Source: a virus
Reading direction: 5' to 3' (one strand)
DNA length: 64,000 bases
Virus record (IMG/VR): IMGVR_UViG_3300046820_000903
Span: 1 to 64,000 of that record
Shown here piece by piece: positions 10,087 through 20,068 of the stretch. The position numbers and the translations under genes are program-made. How positions within the stretch are numbered: the stretch's first letter is position 1; every line of letters starts with the position of its first letter. The notes under the pieces are model-generated. The model searched no databases, was not told the DNA's origin, and saw only the letters and a program-made list of their open reading frames with translations.

Positions 10087-10963
10087 TACACAGCGAGAAT
10101 TATATCGCAAAACCCACCAGATACCATACATTTTAGCTGTATGGTTTCCTTACCATTTAACAGCAATTGCCGCATTTATATGGGCATTTGCAACTGGCTG
10201 GTCTTGGTGGTACCCTGTGTGGGCTATACTAGGTTGGATATTGTTAGATGGTGTTGGTAATAACTTAACATTGCATCGCTTCCTAAGTCACAAGTCATGG
10301 AAACCTTATAAATGGATGGAACCATTTTTATTGTGGGCAGGTGTTATGGTAGGTGAAGGTAGTCCTTTATGGTGGGCGGCATTGCATCGTGGACACCATC
10401 ACAGAGTAAGCGATCAGCCTGGCAAAGACTTTCATACACCAGTTGAAAATGGTTGGTTGTGGAGTTACATGGCGTGGCAGTTTGCAGTTAAACAAGATAC
10501 TGTAAGTTTCCGCTATGCTGTAGATCTTTTAAAAGATAGACGAGTAGTATTCTGCCACGAACACTATAACAAGATTATATTGTGTACACTATTACTAAGC
10601 GCATTTCTATTTGGCTTACCATTTACAATTTGGTTCTTTATTGTTGGTAGCTTGATGAGTTTGCATGCCGACGGCCTTGTTAACACGTTTGGTCATGTGC
10701 CTGCCGCGGGATATAGAAATTTTAATACCAAAGACCAAAGTACAAATGTCTGGTGGATTGGTTACTTCCACTGGGGTAGTGGTTGGCATAACAATCATCA
10801 CCAAGAAGCTTCTAGCTTTGATTTTGGTAGTAGTGTAAGCGGTCGAGCACATGAACTTGATCCGTGTATGATTTTAATGATTCCTTTTGCACCTCCTTCG
10901 GAAGTGAAACGCTTGTGGTCTAGGCGTAAAGATGCTATACTAGCGTATAACACCAAGGAATAA
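10064..10963 (+). CDS. Membrane fatty-acid (delta-9 acyl-CoA/lipid type) desaturase
   Basis: Three His boxes HRFLSH, HRGHHH and HNNHH, plus transmembrane segments and VNTFGH. Confidence 0.9.
   Translation: MTIIAWLDTQRELYRKTHQIPYILAVWFPYHLTAIAAFIWAFATGWSWWYPVWAILGWILLDGVGNNLTLHRFLSHKSWKPYKWMEPFLLWAGVMVGEGSPLWWAALHRGHHHRVSDQPGKDFHTPVENGWLWSYMAWQFAVKQDTVSFRYAVDLLKDRRVVFCHEHYNKIILCTLLLSAFLFGLPFTIWFFIVGSLMSLHADGLVNTFGHVPAAGYRNFNTKDQSTNVWWIGYFHWGSGWHNNHHQEASSFDFGSSVSGRAHELDPCMILMIPFAPPSEVKRLWSRRKDAILAYNTKE
10913..10941 (+). promoter_or_regulatory. Sigma70-like promoter upstream of thyX
   Basis: TTGTGG-N17-TATACT with extended -10 TG; AAGGA RBS before the ATG at 10966. Confidence 0.5.
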
Positions 10964-10965
10964 AA

Positions 10966-11631
10966 ATGAATGTTAAGTTATTGTCTTACTCCCAACCTAC
11001 AAAAGAATTTGCGGATTTGGGAGTTGCAGACGCTCAGGAACTTATTGCGTATTGCGCCCGTGTGTCCAATCCTAGCAACCAGCTCAACACAGAGACATCA
11101 GAAAAGCTTATACGCTATCTTATTAAACACGCACACTGGAGTCCACTTGAAATGGTCAGTGCCTGCATTGAAATTACAACCACGCGAGACATTGCCCGTC
11201 AAATCTTACGACACAGAAGTTTCAGTTTCCAAGAGTTCTCTCAACGCTATGCTGACCCAACAAAAGATCTCAATTTTGTTACAAGAGAAGCTAGACTTCA
11301 AGACCCCAAGAATAGACAGAACAGCGTCGAAGTCGATGACCAGCTGTTACAAAATGAATGGTACAGAGCTCAACAACGAGTCATCTATGCCGCACAACGT
11401 GAGTACGAGTGGGCTATTAAAAATGGCATAGCCAAAGAACAAGCTCGTGCTGTGCTACCAGAAGGACTTATTGAAAGTCGTTTGTATATGAATGGTACAT
11501 TGCGTAGTTGGATTCACTTTATTGAATTGCGTAGTGCCAATGGCACACAAAAAGAACATCAGGAAGTTGCTCGAGCCTGTGCTGAAGTTATTGCTACAGT
11601 ATTTCCAATGGCAACAAGTTTAACACAATGA
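10966..11631 (+). CDS. thyX: FAD-dependent thymidylate synthase
   Basis: ThyX motif RHRSFSFQEFSQRY; HWSPLE; ARAVLP. Confidence 0.97.
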   Translation: MNVKLLSYSQPTKEFADLGVADAQELIAYCARVSNPSNQLNTETSEKLIRYLIKHAHWSPLEMVSACIEITTTRDIARQILRHRSFSFQEFSQRYADPTKDLNFVTREARLQDPKNRQNSVEVDDQLLQNEWYRAQQRVIYAAQREYEWAIKNGIAKEQARAVLPEGLIESRLYMNGTLRSWIHFIELRSANGTQKEHQEVARACAEVIATVFPMATSLTQ

Positions 11632-12407
11632 TTAAAACCATCAACAACCAACCTTGGATTAGCTTTGACAAGCATGTGGATATTGATGCACTCAATGCTC
11701 TTAAAATAGAAACATGCAAAGGCTTTGCACAGAGTTGGTCGGTTGGTCACGTGCTTCCTAGCGTAGCTGGTATTGGTCCTAACTGGCCAGATGGCAAAGA
11801 TGCATTACCAACGCCTGTTGGCAGAGAACTTGTTGATGTAATGCACTATACTAAACGTAATGTAGATGCCCTAGGTCATAATGAATTGCTAGAACTAACA
11901 AAAGACATTAACTCATATGGTTATATGTTCTTAAAGTTAATTGGTGACAACTTGGGCATTGGTTATAACTTGTATCTACGTGCGCCAACTACACAAGACT
12001 ATAACGACAAGCACTTAGAAAGTAAAACAACTTGGACTAAAGCCGCCGCGAACTTTAAGCCTCTTATCAAATGGGTACACGATCAAAGCATCTTTAGCGA
12101 AATTGGTCGTGTTGTTGTTTTCTTTAACGATCAAGATCAGCATTGCTTGATGCATAGAGACCGTAGTGATCTTAATCCTGTTGCTACTCCTGATAACTTT
12201 ATTTGGATTAACTTATTTCCCGACCGTAAGCAGTTTTACATTTACGATGGTGAAACAGGAGAAGAGCATCCTGTCACTGATCAAGTAGCTTGGTTTGATA
12301 CTGAAAACTGGCATGCCAGTAAAACCAGTCCATTTGCCGCTTTCAGTATTCGCTTTGATGGTGTGTTTACAAAAGAATGGAAGGCCAAAAACGGCCTTCC
12401 TGATTAA
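11628..12407 (+). CDS. Putative 2OG-Fe(II) oxygenase / double-stranded beta-helix protein
   Basis: IGRVVVF...MHRD...WFDTENWHAS...SIRFDG (HxD...H). Confidence 0.55.
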   Translation: MIKTINNQPWISFDKHVDIDALNALKIETCKGFAQSWSVGHVLPSVAGIGPNWPDGKDALPTPVGRELVDVMHYTKRNVDALGHNELLELTKDINSYGYMFLKLIGDNLGIGYNLYLRAPTTQDYNDKHLESKTTWTKAAANFKPLIKWVHDQSIFSEIGRVVVFFNDQDQHCLMHRDRSDLNPVATPDNFIWINLFPDRKQFYIYDGETGEEHPVTDQVAWFDTENWHASKTSPFAAFSIRFDGVFTKEWKAKNGLPD

Positions 12408-13468
12408 CCTGTATAAGTTTTGGTAGCCGTTAGCTTACCAGTTTCGTCTTGCCATAAAAATCCCCACGCATTGTTATAACGTGTTATTGTTGGCAAGCTA
12501 GGCCACTTAGTTTTAAACTTAAAGTAGTTGTCATTTGGCCAAATTTCATTAATTAGTTTCTTGGCAGGTAACTTGTAAGTATTCCATCGTCCACCTACTT
12601 TATCTTCTTTTGTATATAACGCCCAACGTTGATAGTTTTCGCTGTCAAAGAAGTTAATTACATTGGCGGCCATGTACTCTGCTTGTTCAGCAGTTGGAGA
12701 GTGCATACTCATGCGATATTTGACAGCTTGCCACTTCATAGCATAGTTGAGCCACCATAAGAAATCATGGTTAGTGTCAATATTAATAGGTGCGGCATTA
12801 ACAAGATCATAAAGCATTTGTTCACGCTCGTCTCTATGACCCTCAACCTTATCTAATAACCAAACTAAACTTTCAGTTTCCCAGTTGCCATGAATACACT
12901 TGTAATCTCTAATAGAGTCCATGTAACTCTTTAAGGTCAAGCTACCAAATAAGTTATCAGCACATTCACCAGTGACACATACATAGTCTGGATTAGTTAC
13001 AATACTATAAAAGTGATTACTTGAAATAAGGTTATGCCCAAAGTTTGGAAGAATCATCTCATAAAAGAATTCTGGATTCTCTAGTTGACTGTCTTCATTG
13101 AAAGCAAGTAGTGTACGGTCTTTGACACGCAGCCATGCAGGATGACTAACAAGTAAACATACGATTAGTGTACTATCTATGCCACCGGAGTATAGTATAA
13201 CAAGATTCTTTTTATTGGATTCTTCAAATTGTTTTACAATCTGATCTATGCGGTTGTAGCTACAGCTATCAAATGTTTCTACAACGCCAAATTCAGGAAT
13301 AGGACTATTGTTAAAGATTGGTACTCCGGGAATATCTAATGTGCCAGTACGATCGCTAAGACTAATCCATGGATTAAACATTTTAAAAAAACTTCTGTTT
13401 ACTGGAGACAACTCAATTGATTCATCAGTTAGTAAACGATGTGGGATATAGTATAATAAATTTTTCAT
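12404..13468 (-). CDS. PP-loop asparagine-synthase-like ATPase
   Basis: ILYSGGIDST and VTGECADNLFG (asparagine synthetase-like TGxGADExFG motif). Confidence 0.75.
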   Translation of the reverse strand: MKNLLYYIPHRLLTDESIELSPVNRSFFKMFNPWISLSDRTGTLDIPGVPIFNNSPIPEFGVVETFDSCSYNRIDQIVKQFEESNKKNLVILYSGGIDSTLIVCLLVSHPAWLRVKDRTLLAFNEDSQLENPEFFYEMILPNFGHNLISSNHFYSIVTNPDYVCVTGECADNLFGSLTLKSYMDSIRDYKCIHGNWETESLVWLLDKVEGHRDEREQMLYDLVNAAPINIDTNHDFLWWLNYAMKWQAVKYRMSMHSPTAEQAEYMAANVINFFDSENYQRWALYTKEDKVGGRWNTYKLPAKKLINEIWPNDNYFKFKTKWPSLPTITRYNNAWGFLWQDETGKLTATKTYTG

Positions 13469-14088
13469 TACATTAACATGCTTAAGAATGAGTCCTCTTC
13501 CATAGCGGCTCTAATTTTTGTCATATCTTCTTTGTCTATTGCTTCTCTAATGGCTTGTTGGTGCTTTAGTCTAATGTACTCAAGTTTACGAATAAGACCT
13601 GCTTGATTTTCACTTTTTACTTTTATAACATTTGCCGCTGTAAGTATGTCAGTTCCTATAACATTGGCATAGTCTACTACCATACCGATGTCCCCGTTGA
13701 GATTGTTGATAACCCTGTCAGCTTGTTTGGCTTTAATTTTGTATGCTTCTTGTTGCCATGGCACCATGTTATTGAATCGTTTATAGCCATGAGCTAGACG
13801 CATGCCTAGTTCTATTGTTAAGTTTACCTTTGCTTGCAGTTGCATTGAAAGGATTTTGATATCTTTGGCTCGTTCTTCGTGAATAAATTCGGTAGTACGA
13901 GCATTTTTAAATCTTAGCACATAGTCTAAGTTGCCTTTTTTAAATTCATTAGCAATTGATTCGTCAACCGAGTACACTCTACAAATGGCTCTAAATTCGC
14001 CACCACATGCACTTTCCAAAACAGCTAGGCTTTCATTCCAAGCAAGTAGTTCGCCTTCAGCAGTACATGCCAATGCTAACCAATTCAT
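13468..14088 (-). CDS. Hypothetical protein (C-terminus resembles phage tail-fibre-associated helical proteins)
   Basis: QQEAYKIKAKQA...YANVIGTDILTAANVI...LEYIRLKHQQAIREA pattern; resemblance by eye only. Confidence 0.55.
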   Translation of the reverse strand: MNWLALACTAEGELLAWNESLAVLESACGGEFRAICRVYSVDESIANEFKKGNLDYVLRFKNARTTEFIHEERAKDIKILSMQLQAKVNLTIELGMRLAHGYKRFNNMVPWQQEAYKIKAKQADRVINNLNGDIGMVVDYANVIGTDILTAANVIKVKSENQAGLIRKLEYIRLKHQQAIREAIDKEDMTKIRAAMEEDSFLSMLM

Positions 14089-14125
14089 AACTAACTCCCT
14101 ATATTGTTAAGTTAGTTATCGTTGC

Positions 14126-14686
14126 TTATTGGTCGAGTAATCCCAGATCTGGAACAAACCTTATACTAAGCATTAGACGCCGTTGATTAGATAAATTTTC
14201 AACGTTGTGAGGAACATTTACTTGAACTAATGTTGGTTCACTTATCAAGGCACGTTCTGCTATTTCGGGCTTTTCTTTCCATTCAATTTTTAAAAGCTTC
14301 AGCCCTTCTTTGGTTTTGTTCTCTACCAAATCATACTTGCCCTTGTACCAATTCATATAACCATGATCACAATTTAAAATTGGAATGTTAAGAGCAAAGT
14401 TACTGGCATTTTTTCTTTCCAGTGAATAACCGTCAATGTGTATGCCCGCACTTTCGCCTGGACCGTTTCCAAACAGTATTGCACCCTTTGGTATTCTATT
14501 AACAAATCCATGCATTGATAATGGTACATTTAGCACCCTGTACATAGTAAGCATAAATTCAGTATCGTTTATACCAAATGTCTTACTAACCAAGTCAACT
14601 GGCTCGTGTGGGACAATTTTTTCTAGAATATAGTTTTTTACTTCTGTCCAAGCAGGGCCAAGGTCAATCCTACTATAATAGGTCAT
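14126..14686 (-). CDS. Putative 2OG-Fe(II) oxygenase / cupin-like protein
   Basis: GIHIDG...ALNIPI...VPHNVEN...RRLMLSIRF. Confidence 0.6.
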   Translation of the reverse strand: MTYYSRIDLGPAWTEVKNYILEKIVPHEPVDLVSKTFGINDTEFMLTMYRVLNVPLSMHGFVNRIPKGAILFGNGPGESAGIHIDGYSLERKNASNFALNIPILNCDHGYMNWYKGKYDLVENKTKEGLKLLKIEWKEKPEIAERALISEPTLVQVNVPHNVENLSNQRRLMLSIRFVPDLGLLDQ

Positions 14687-15147
14687 TGTGCTTCCTTGTG
14701 CGACTTAAATGTACCAAATAACATATCCCAAACAGGAATGAATAATCCGTAATTTACAGATGTATTGTGATGATGTATTAGATGCCACTTGCCGCTGGTT
14801 AGATACGGATATAGATCAAACTTGGGATTATGTTCAACAATTTCTTGTATCAGAGCGGCCCATACGTAGTAAAAAACGCTAACCCACCATTCGCCAGTAA
14901 TTAAGCTAAAAAGCAATGTAGGAACAACTTCTGTAATCCAAAGATCTAATGTACTCATCCATGTATCGTTGAATAGAAACAGATTGTTCCAGTGCCATGT
15001 TGTTTGTTTATTTGTGTTAATGTATCTGTGATGATCTGCATGTGCATTAAATGCAACGGGGAAAAAACGTAACCCAATTGAATGAATTACGCGGTGTATT
15101 ACGTATAGATATAAAGTCCAGCTTATAAAAACAAAAATGTAGTACAT
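14683..15147 (-). CDS. Sterol desaturase / fatty-acid hydroxylase family membrane protein
   Basis: His boxes HRVIH, HADHH and HLIHHH, plus NYGLFIPVWDMLFGT. Confidence 0.85.
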   Translation of the reverse strand: MYYIFVFISWTLYLYVIHRVIHSIGLRFFPVAFNAHADHHRYINTNKQTTWHWNNLFLFNDTWMSTLDLWITEVVPTLLFSLITGEWWVSVFYYVWAALIQEIVEHNPKFDLYPYLTSGKWHLIHHHNTSVNYGLFIPVWDMLFGTFKSHKEAQ

Positions 15148-15163
15148 ACACTACTTATCACAA

Positions 15164-15931
15164 CTACGCTGGAAGTTTGCCTTCGCTTCCTGTCCAATAC
15201 TTTTTAGATGTTTCACCAGTGCGAGTAGACCATTCATAAAATTTACGGAAAGCAATGTTAGGTGAATCTTTTTGTAATAGCAAAACTGATGGCCAAGCGT
15301 CCCACCAATGCCTACTAGTAGCTTTAAGTTGATCAGTATATGCAATGTTTGATGGGTGCAATCTTAACCCAATGGGTTCATTATTGGTATTAAAATAAAC
15401 CTGACTTGGCCCATTAATAACTTCATGCTTATCCAAATAGTCAAATGTTGTTTCAACAATATCTTCCCAGACAGAATCAAACTCAGTATTAATTTGAACC
15501 CCGTTGCTATTGAAGCGTATACCTTGTATTACAACATGTCTACCATTGTAAGTTAACACATCAATTAGTAGTTCATTGGCTTCTGGTTTTCTTTTATTAA
15601 ATTTTTCCAATCGTGCAGGATTGCCTGAAATATTATTAAGCAATAGTTGAGATTGAATACCTTCGAGGAACGATTGTCCAGTGAAGTTATACGCAAATCC
15701 ACCTACAAATTTTAAACTTGAATCCCATTCTTCTCTACGCAGGTCTATTAGAGTTGCATTGTTTTCTATAGCAAATACTTCTTTACTCGGCAGAGGTTGT
15801 TGATATTCAGTTGTTACTACAACAGTAACATTAAACTTATCTTCTGTTTTTGTATCAACCCCAGCTCTAATCAACCTGAAAGCTACTTCAGATGGGTTAA
15901 CAACTAAAAGATGATTTTGTGGATTGGCCAT
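15164..15931 (-). CDS. Hypothetical protein (weak ATP-grasp-like C-terminal region)
   Basis: 255-aa ORF; E..IDVLTYNGRHVV and NGPSQV reminiscent of ATP-grasp. Confidence 0.55.
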   Translation of the reverse strand: MANPQNHLLVVNPSEVAFRLIRAGVDTKTEDKFNVTVVVTTEYQQPLPSKEVFAIENNATLIDLRREEWDSSLKFVGGFAYNFTGQSFLEGIQSQLLLNNISGNPARLEKFNKRKPEANELLIDVLTYNGRHVVIQGIRFNSNGVQINTEFDSVWEDIVETTFDYLDKHEVINGPSQVYFNTNNEPIGLRLHPSNIAYTDQLKATSRHWWDAWPSVLLLQKDSPNIAFRKFYEWSTRTGETSKKYWTGSEGKLPA

Positions 15932-15933
15932 GG

Positions 15934-16236
15934 TTATTCCTGATTAAAATGTGTAGCAAGTAATGCACCCACGAATCGTGTAACACGAGTTTTAATAAGC
16001 TCACTGTTCATCATAACTTCAAAATCAACAATTCGATCTAAGTACTGTTCTAACGACTTTATACCTAAAACTTCTTTGCTTGTTTTAATATCACTCAAAT
16101 CACTTTGCTTAAAAATTAACTCAGTACCATCATCTAGATAGACCTTTATCCAATCTATATACTCTACTGGAACTTCTTCTACATGTATTTCTCTTAACAT
16201 GTTTTCAAAGCTACGGTCTTTCTTACGAATGCTCAT
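15934..16236 (-). CDS. Hypothetical protein
   Basis: ORF MSIRKKDRSFE... preceded by a GGAG RBS. Confidence 0.7.
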   Translation of the reverse strand: MSIRKKDRSFENMLREIHVEEVPVEYIDWIKVYLDDGTELIFKQSDLSDIKTSKEVLGIKSLEQYLDRIVDFEVMMNSELIKTRVTRFVGALLATHFNQE

Positions 16237-16279
16237 TACTTGCTCCAAAACATTTTTATTTTATCAAACAGTCCAGTTT

Positions 16280-16939
16280 TTAAACTGTTTCTGCTTTCTT
16301 CGATGGACGTCCTCTGCCCCGTTTCACTTCGGTCGCCGGCGACGGGGATAACTTTTCTTGGACGGCCGCGACCACGTTTTTTGGGTCTAGCTTTTCTGCC
16401 TCCTCCCGTAGTCTAATAACCTCTGTTTCAAAGCTATTTGCTTGTGCCCTATATTTGGCGGCAAGTTGTACATCATCAATGACGCCAGGTGGGTTTCGTG
16501 CTGGTTCAACAACTCTTGGTGGAGGAGTTGGCACGTTGGTAGCAATATCGCTTGAACGTGTAGAACCAGAAGCCGCTTGCTCATTTCCTATTTGCTTTAA
16601 CTCGCGATTTAAATCAACTAGGTTAATAGTAACACCAGGGCGAGGTGTCATTGCAACTGACTTAGTTGGAACCTTTACCATCCAGCCACGCTGGTGAATA
16701 GTATTAAGCATGTTAGTACCATCGTGGAATGCTTGTCTAAACAAGTATTCACTTGGATCCATGCTAGCTTGACAGTTTGTACTTTCAATTGCTCTAATTA
16801 AATCATCATGATATAATTGCGGCAATGCATCAGTTGGAATAACTAACGCAGAATCAGGATCGTTGGGTACTTCTCTAAATACCACAACAATCTTTTTCTG
16901 ACTGCCGTTTACGCCTACGTGTTTAATAAATTGTGCCAT
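16280..16939 (-). CDS. Hypothetical protein with C-terminal AT-hook
   Basis: KRGRGRPSKK at the C-terminus; AAGGAG RBS. Confidence 0.75.
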   Translation of the reverse strand: MAQFIKHVGVNGSQKKIVVVFREVPNDPDSALVIPTDALPQLYHDDLIRAIESTNCQASMDPSEYLFRQAFHDGTNMLNTIHQRGWMVKVPTKSVAMTPRPGVTINLVDLNRELKQIGNEQAASGSTRSSDIATNVPTPPPRVVEPARNPPGVIDDVQLAAKYRAQANSFETEVIRLREEAEKLDPKNVVAAVQEKLSPSPATEVKRGRGRPSKKAETV

Positions 16940-16956
16940 AGCGGCTCCTTTTCTAA

Positions 16957-17226
16957 TTAAGCTTGCTCTGCGGTAACTTCTTCAGCTGGCGCTTCTGCCG
17001 GTGCCTCAGCAGTTTCTTCTGCAGGTTGTGCTGGCTCGTTAGCTTTTAAGAAAGCGGCCAACTTATTGTAAGTAGCACCAATGATTTCCATCTCTGGAGC
17101 ACGGTAGCCACCACGTTGTGCGCCCAACTCAATTGCGCCAGCTAAAACTTTTAAGTCTTGTAGTGTTAAGCCAATTGGTTGTTGGGCTTGTTGGGCTTGT
17201 TGTTCTTGTTGTTCTTGTTGTTCCAT
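16957..17226 (-). CDS. Small acidic low-complexity protein
   Basis: AGGAG RBS; QQE/QQA 9-bp repeats at the N-terminus and an EAPA-rich C-terminus. Confidence 0.75.
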   Translation of the reverse strand: MEQQEQQEQQAQQAQQPIGLTLQDLKVLAGAIELGAQRGGYRAPEMEIIGATYNKLAAFLKANEPAQPAEETAEAPAEAPAEEVTAEQA

Positions 17227-17297
17227 TTAAATCTCCTAGGTTATAGAACGGAATATATCCACGAATACTTATAGTTAGAATCACCCAAGATTTAACC

Positions 17298-17323
17298 AAA
17301 AAAAACGCACCCGAAGGTGCGTT
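17298..17323 (-). terminator. Rho-independent terminator
   Basis: On the - strand AACGCACC-TTCG-GGTGCGTT followed by a T-run, downstream of the VWA gene. Confidence 0.9.
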
Positions 17324-17346
17324 AAAGGAGCAACTACCTACCCAAA

Positions 17347-18567
17347 TTAATGACGGCTATGTTGTTTATGAGGAGCATAGTTAGCAGTAATACCAAACGG
17401 TGCTGTAATGTCATCACTGCCATGTACAACAAACAGCGTGTCGCAATAGTCTGGGTCGCCCCAGCTACCAAACGGATAGCCGTCTGTAAACACTACCAAC
17501 TGGTGAGGTTGAACATCATTCTGCTTCATCCATTGCCAGATGCAAGTAAAGTCTGTACCACCACCACCGGTAACCTCATACTCTGCCATGCTTCGACCAT
17601 CGTCGCCAGTAAATGTGTCTTCATTATAAATGTCAGTGTCAAATGTTACAACACGAACTTTATAAGAAGTAAACTGATCCAACGCACCTTGTACCATGCC
17701 CAAGAAGTCCATCAACATGCCTTCGTCAATAGAACCAGATGCGTCCAGTGCTACAACAATGTCAAGTTCCTCACCAGGCAATTGTCCTGGCAGTACTGCA
17801 CCAGTATGCCAAGCTTTGCGGTTAGGACGCATCCATGTGTAGTCGCTTTTAACAGAGCCACTGAACTGGATACGCAACAGGTCCTTCAAGTCCATTACAG
17901 GAGCAGTAATGTCTTTTACCAGGCGTTGAATAGCGGCCGGTGTGTTACCTGCACCTGCATTCTTGGCGGCTTGAATAACTGCCTCACGCCACTCATCGCG
18001 CAGAGCTTTGCGTTCTTCTTCTGACAGTTTCTTGAACTTAGGCTTGCCTTTACCGTCTTTACCTGGCTTGCCCTCGCCATCACCGTCTTCGCCTTCCTCG
18101 CCATCGCCTTCCATGTCCAGGTGATCGTCAAGCGTCATTTGTATAACTGTGGCATTGGCCATTAAGTCATCATATACTTCGTCGGCAGTCTTGCCTTCAT
18201 ACTTACGGTCTGCCAAGATTGGTACTGTGGTAATTGCGGTACCAACACCTTCGCGGATTAGCATGTTGTTGATAACATAGTCACCTGCCATGTTCCAAAT
18301 TTGTGGCTCACGGTCTCCGCGGCGTGTCATGTGATCAAAGATAATGTGTCCAAGTTCGTGACCAAAGCCAAAAATCATTTCACCATCTGACAACTTGCTA
18401 ACGAACTCCGAATTGTAGTAAAACTTGCGACCGTCTGTTGCAATAGTCTTGCACCATTCAACTTCTTCCAACTTTAGACGTGTCGCCAAAGGACCCCAGA
18501 AGGGATACTTCAAAAGCATAGCAACACGGCTTTTAACTAGTTTATCACGAGCAGGCAATTTAGACAT
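17347..18567 (-). CDS. Metallopeptidase-like + VWA domain protein (DUF2201-type), partner of the MoxR AAA ATPase
   Basis: TIATDG...HELGH (HExxH); C-terminal DASGS MIDAS, GGGGTDF, VFTDG. Confidence 0.9.
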   Translation of the reverse strand: MSKLPARDKLVKSRVAMLLKYPFWGPLATRLKLEEVEWCKTIATDGRKFYYNSEFVSKLSDGEMIFGFGHELGHIIFDHMTRRGDREPQIWNMAGDYVINNMLIREGVGTAITTVPILADRKYEGKTADEVYDDLMANATVIQMTLDDHLDMEGDGEEGEDGDGEGKPGKDGKGKPKFKKLSEEERKALRDEWREAVIQAAKNAGAGNTPAAIQRLVKDITAPVMDLKDLLRIQFSGSVKSDYTWMRPNRKAWHTGAVLPGQLPGEELDIVVALDASGSIDEGMLMDFLGMVQGALDQFTSYKVRVVTFDTDIYNEDTFTGDDGRSMAEYEVTGGGGTDFTCIWQWMKQNDVQPHQLVVFTDGYPFGSWGDPDYCDTLFVVHGSDDITAPFGITANYAPHKQHSRH

Positions 18568-18601
18568 TTTAGGTGGCTCCTATTTGTTTCTGTATGTATC
18601 T

Positions 18602-18630
18602 ATTATACTATGTTCTTGGTTCCAGGTCAA
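18602..18630 (-). promoter_or_regulatory. Sigma70-like promoter
   Basis: TTGACC-N17-TATAAT upstream of the VWA gene. Confidence 0.75.
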
Positions 18631-18958
18631 CCGTTTTTTCTTGTTTATTTTGTGGGCCTGATATATCCCAAATCATTGCTACTTGCGGGTCTCTAAACCA
18701 AATATTTTGCTTTGGTATAAAGTCCCAATCCAATCGCTTTAATCCTTGTTCCCTGGCCCATCTGGTAACTTCATTAATTGTGGCTCCTTTGGGATAAGTT
18801 CGGACGGACCAACTTTTCCTTTGTTCGCGGAGCCACTCGCTAACATCAGATGGGGTAGGGGGCTGGTCCGTCCAGACCTGGCGGGCTTCTGAGCCGTACA
18901 TTATTTCTAGTACGGCCCAGTCCCTTGACCTTTTATTCGTCTGTGAGTAAGTTGGCAT
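18608..18958 (-). CDS. Hypothetical protein between the AAA and VWA genes
   Basis: 116-aa ORF; ends with WF(R)DP..AM.W, like the small-paralog family. Confidence 0.55.
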   Translation of the reverse strand: MPTYSQTNKRSRDWAVLEIMYGSEARQVWTDQPPTPSDVSEWLREQRKSWSVRTYPKGATINEVTRWAREQGLKRLDWDFIPKQNIWFRDPQVAMIWDISGPQNKQEKTVDLEPRT

Positions 18959-20033
18959 AGCGTTTGAAGAACTCTGGAAAGTTGGTCATTTTCTTACGAT
19001 CAAATACAACCTTATAGTTCTTCAATACAGTATGAGCACCCATAATAACCATCTCTGGTTCAAAGTTACTCATCATAAAGCTGAGCCAGTTATCTGCACT
19101 CTTGTTAAAGTCTTCCAACTTGCCGCTTCTCTTGCCATCTTCATAACGTGTACGAAGTTCGTAGCTTAGGCTGGTAACCAAAGCATAAGCGGCTGACACT
19201 TCCTTGCTCTTGAAGGTGGTAACTTTGCCTGACAGCACATCTGCTGGATCAGGTAAGTCTGCGGCATGCTTACGGTGTGCCATAAACTTAATTGCCATAC
19301 CTTCGCCAACCAAGCCTGCTACCATATCTGTGTTGGCAGAGTCGGGCATGTCGTCATCCAACATGTCGCTTACAAAACTCCAGGTGCGTGGAGTAGCAAA
19401 GGCACGGTCATGTTGTGTAGGATCAAAATTGTACAAGTCGCCTTTGAACTGTTTCAAGAAGCCCACCACGTGTGGATGGACTTCGTTCATAATAGCCCAT
19501 TGTTCCCAGTCTTCAAAGTCCACTCGGATCTCTAAGTGCATGAAGCGGTTAGCCAGTGGGCTAGGCATACGATATGTAACACCCTTATCACCCATTCGGT
19601 TACCTGCGGCAATTAGAACTACATTGCCTGGCAATGTGTATTGTCCAACCTTGCGGTTAAGAATAAGCTGGTAAGCCGCGGCCTGAACAGCAGGAGGGGC
19701 AGAGTTAAGTTCGTCTAAGAACAAGAATACAATGTCGTATTCTTTAGCAAAATCTGCACTAGGCAATTCTGAAGGGGTAGCCCACTTCATAGTGTTATCG
19801 CCTTGACTGTAGTAAGGGACACCTTTAATGTCCGTTGGATCCATAAGAGCCATACGCAGGTCGACAACAGCAGAGTTGGGCCACTCTGCGGCAACCTGGT
19901 TCACCATGTCGGACTTGCCAACACCAGGAGGACCCCAAACAAACACCGGGCGGCGTTTTGCAACGGCGCGGCGAAGAATAGGTTTACACTCGCTAATCTT
20001 AACGGTGCGTGTTTCGACTGTATTATTTCCCAT
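18933..20033 (-). CDS. MoxR-like AAA+ ATPase
   Basis: Walker A GPPGVGKS, Walker B FLFLDE, AAGN sensor, PLANRF, ATPRTW. Confidence 0.92.
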   Translation of the reverse strand: MGNNTVETRTVKISECKPILRRAVAKRRPVFVWGPPGVGKSDMVNQVAAEWPNSAVVDLRMALMDPTDIKGVPYYSQGDNTMKWATPSELPSADFAKEYDIVFLFLDELNSAPPAVQAAAYQLILNRKVGQYTLPGNVVLIAAGNRMGDKGVTYRMPSPLANRFMHLEIRVDFEDWEQWAIMNEVHPHVVGFLKQFKGDLYNFDPTQHDRAFATPRTWSFVSDMLDDDMPDSANTDMVAGLVGEGMAIKFMAHRKHAADLPDPADVLSGKVTTFKSKEVSAAYALVTSLSYELRTRYEDGKRSGKLEDFNKSADNWLSFMMSNFEPEMVIMGAHTVLKNYKVVFDRKKMTNFPEFFKRYANLLTDE

Positions 20034-20068
20034 TTGGTGGCTCCTACTTAGGGTGTGTTAAAAATTTA

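Noticed and set aside
8486-13468. SGGxDS proteins (also 47797-48960) as QueC
   Set aside because: They have the PP-loop but lack the C-terminal zinc-binding Cys cluster of QueC, are too long, and are not next to the que genes.
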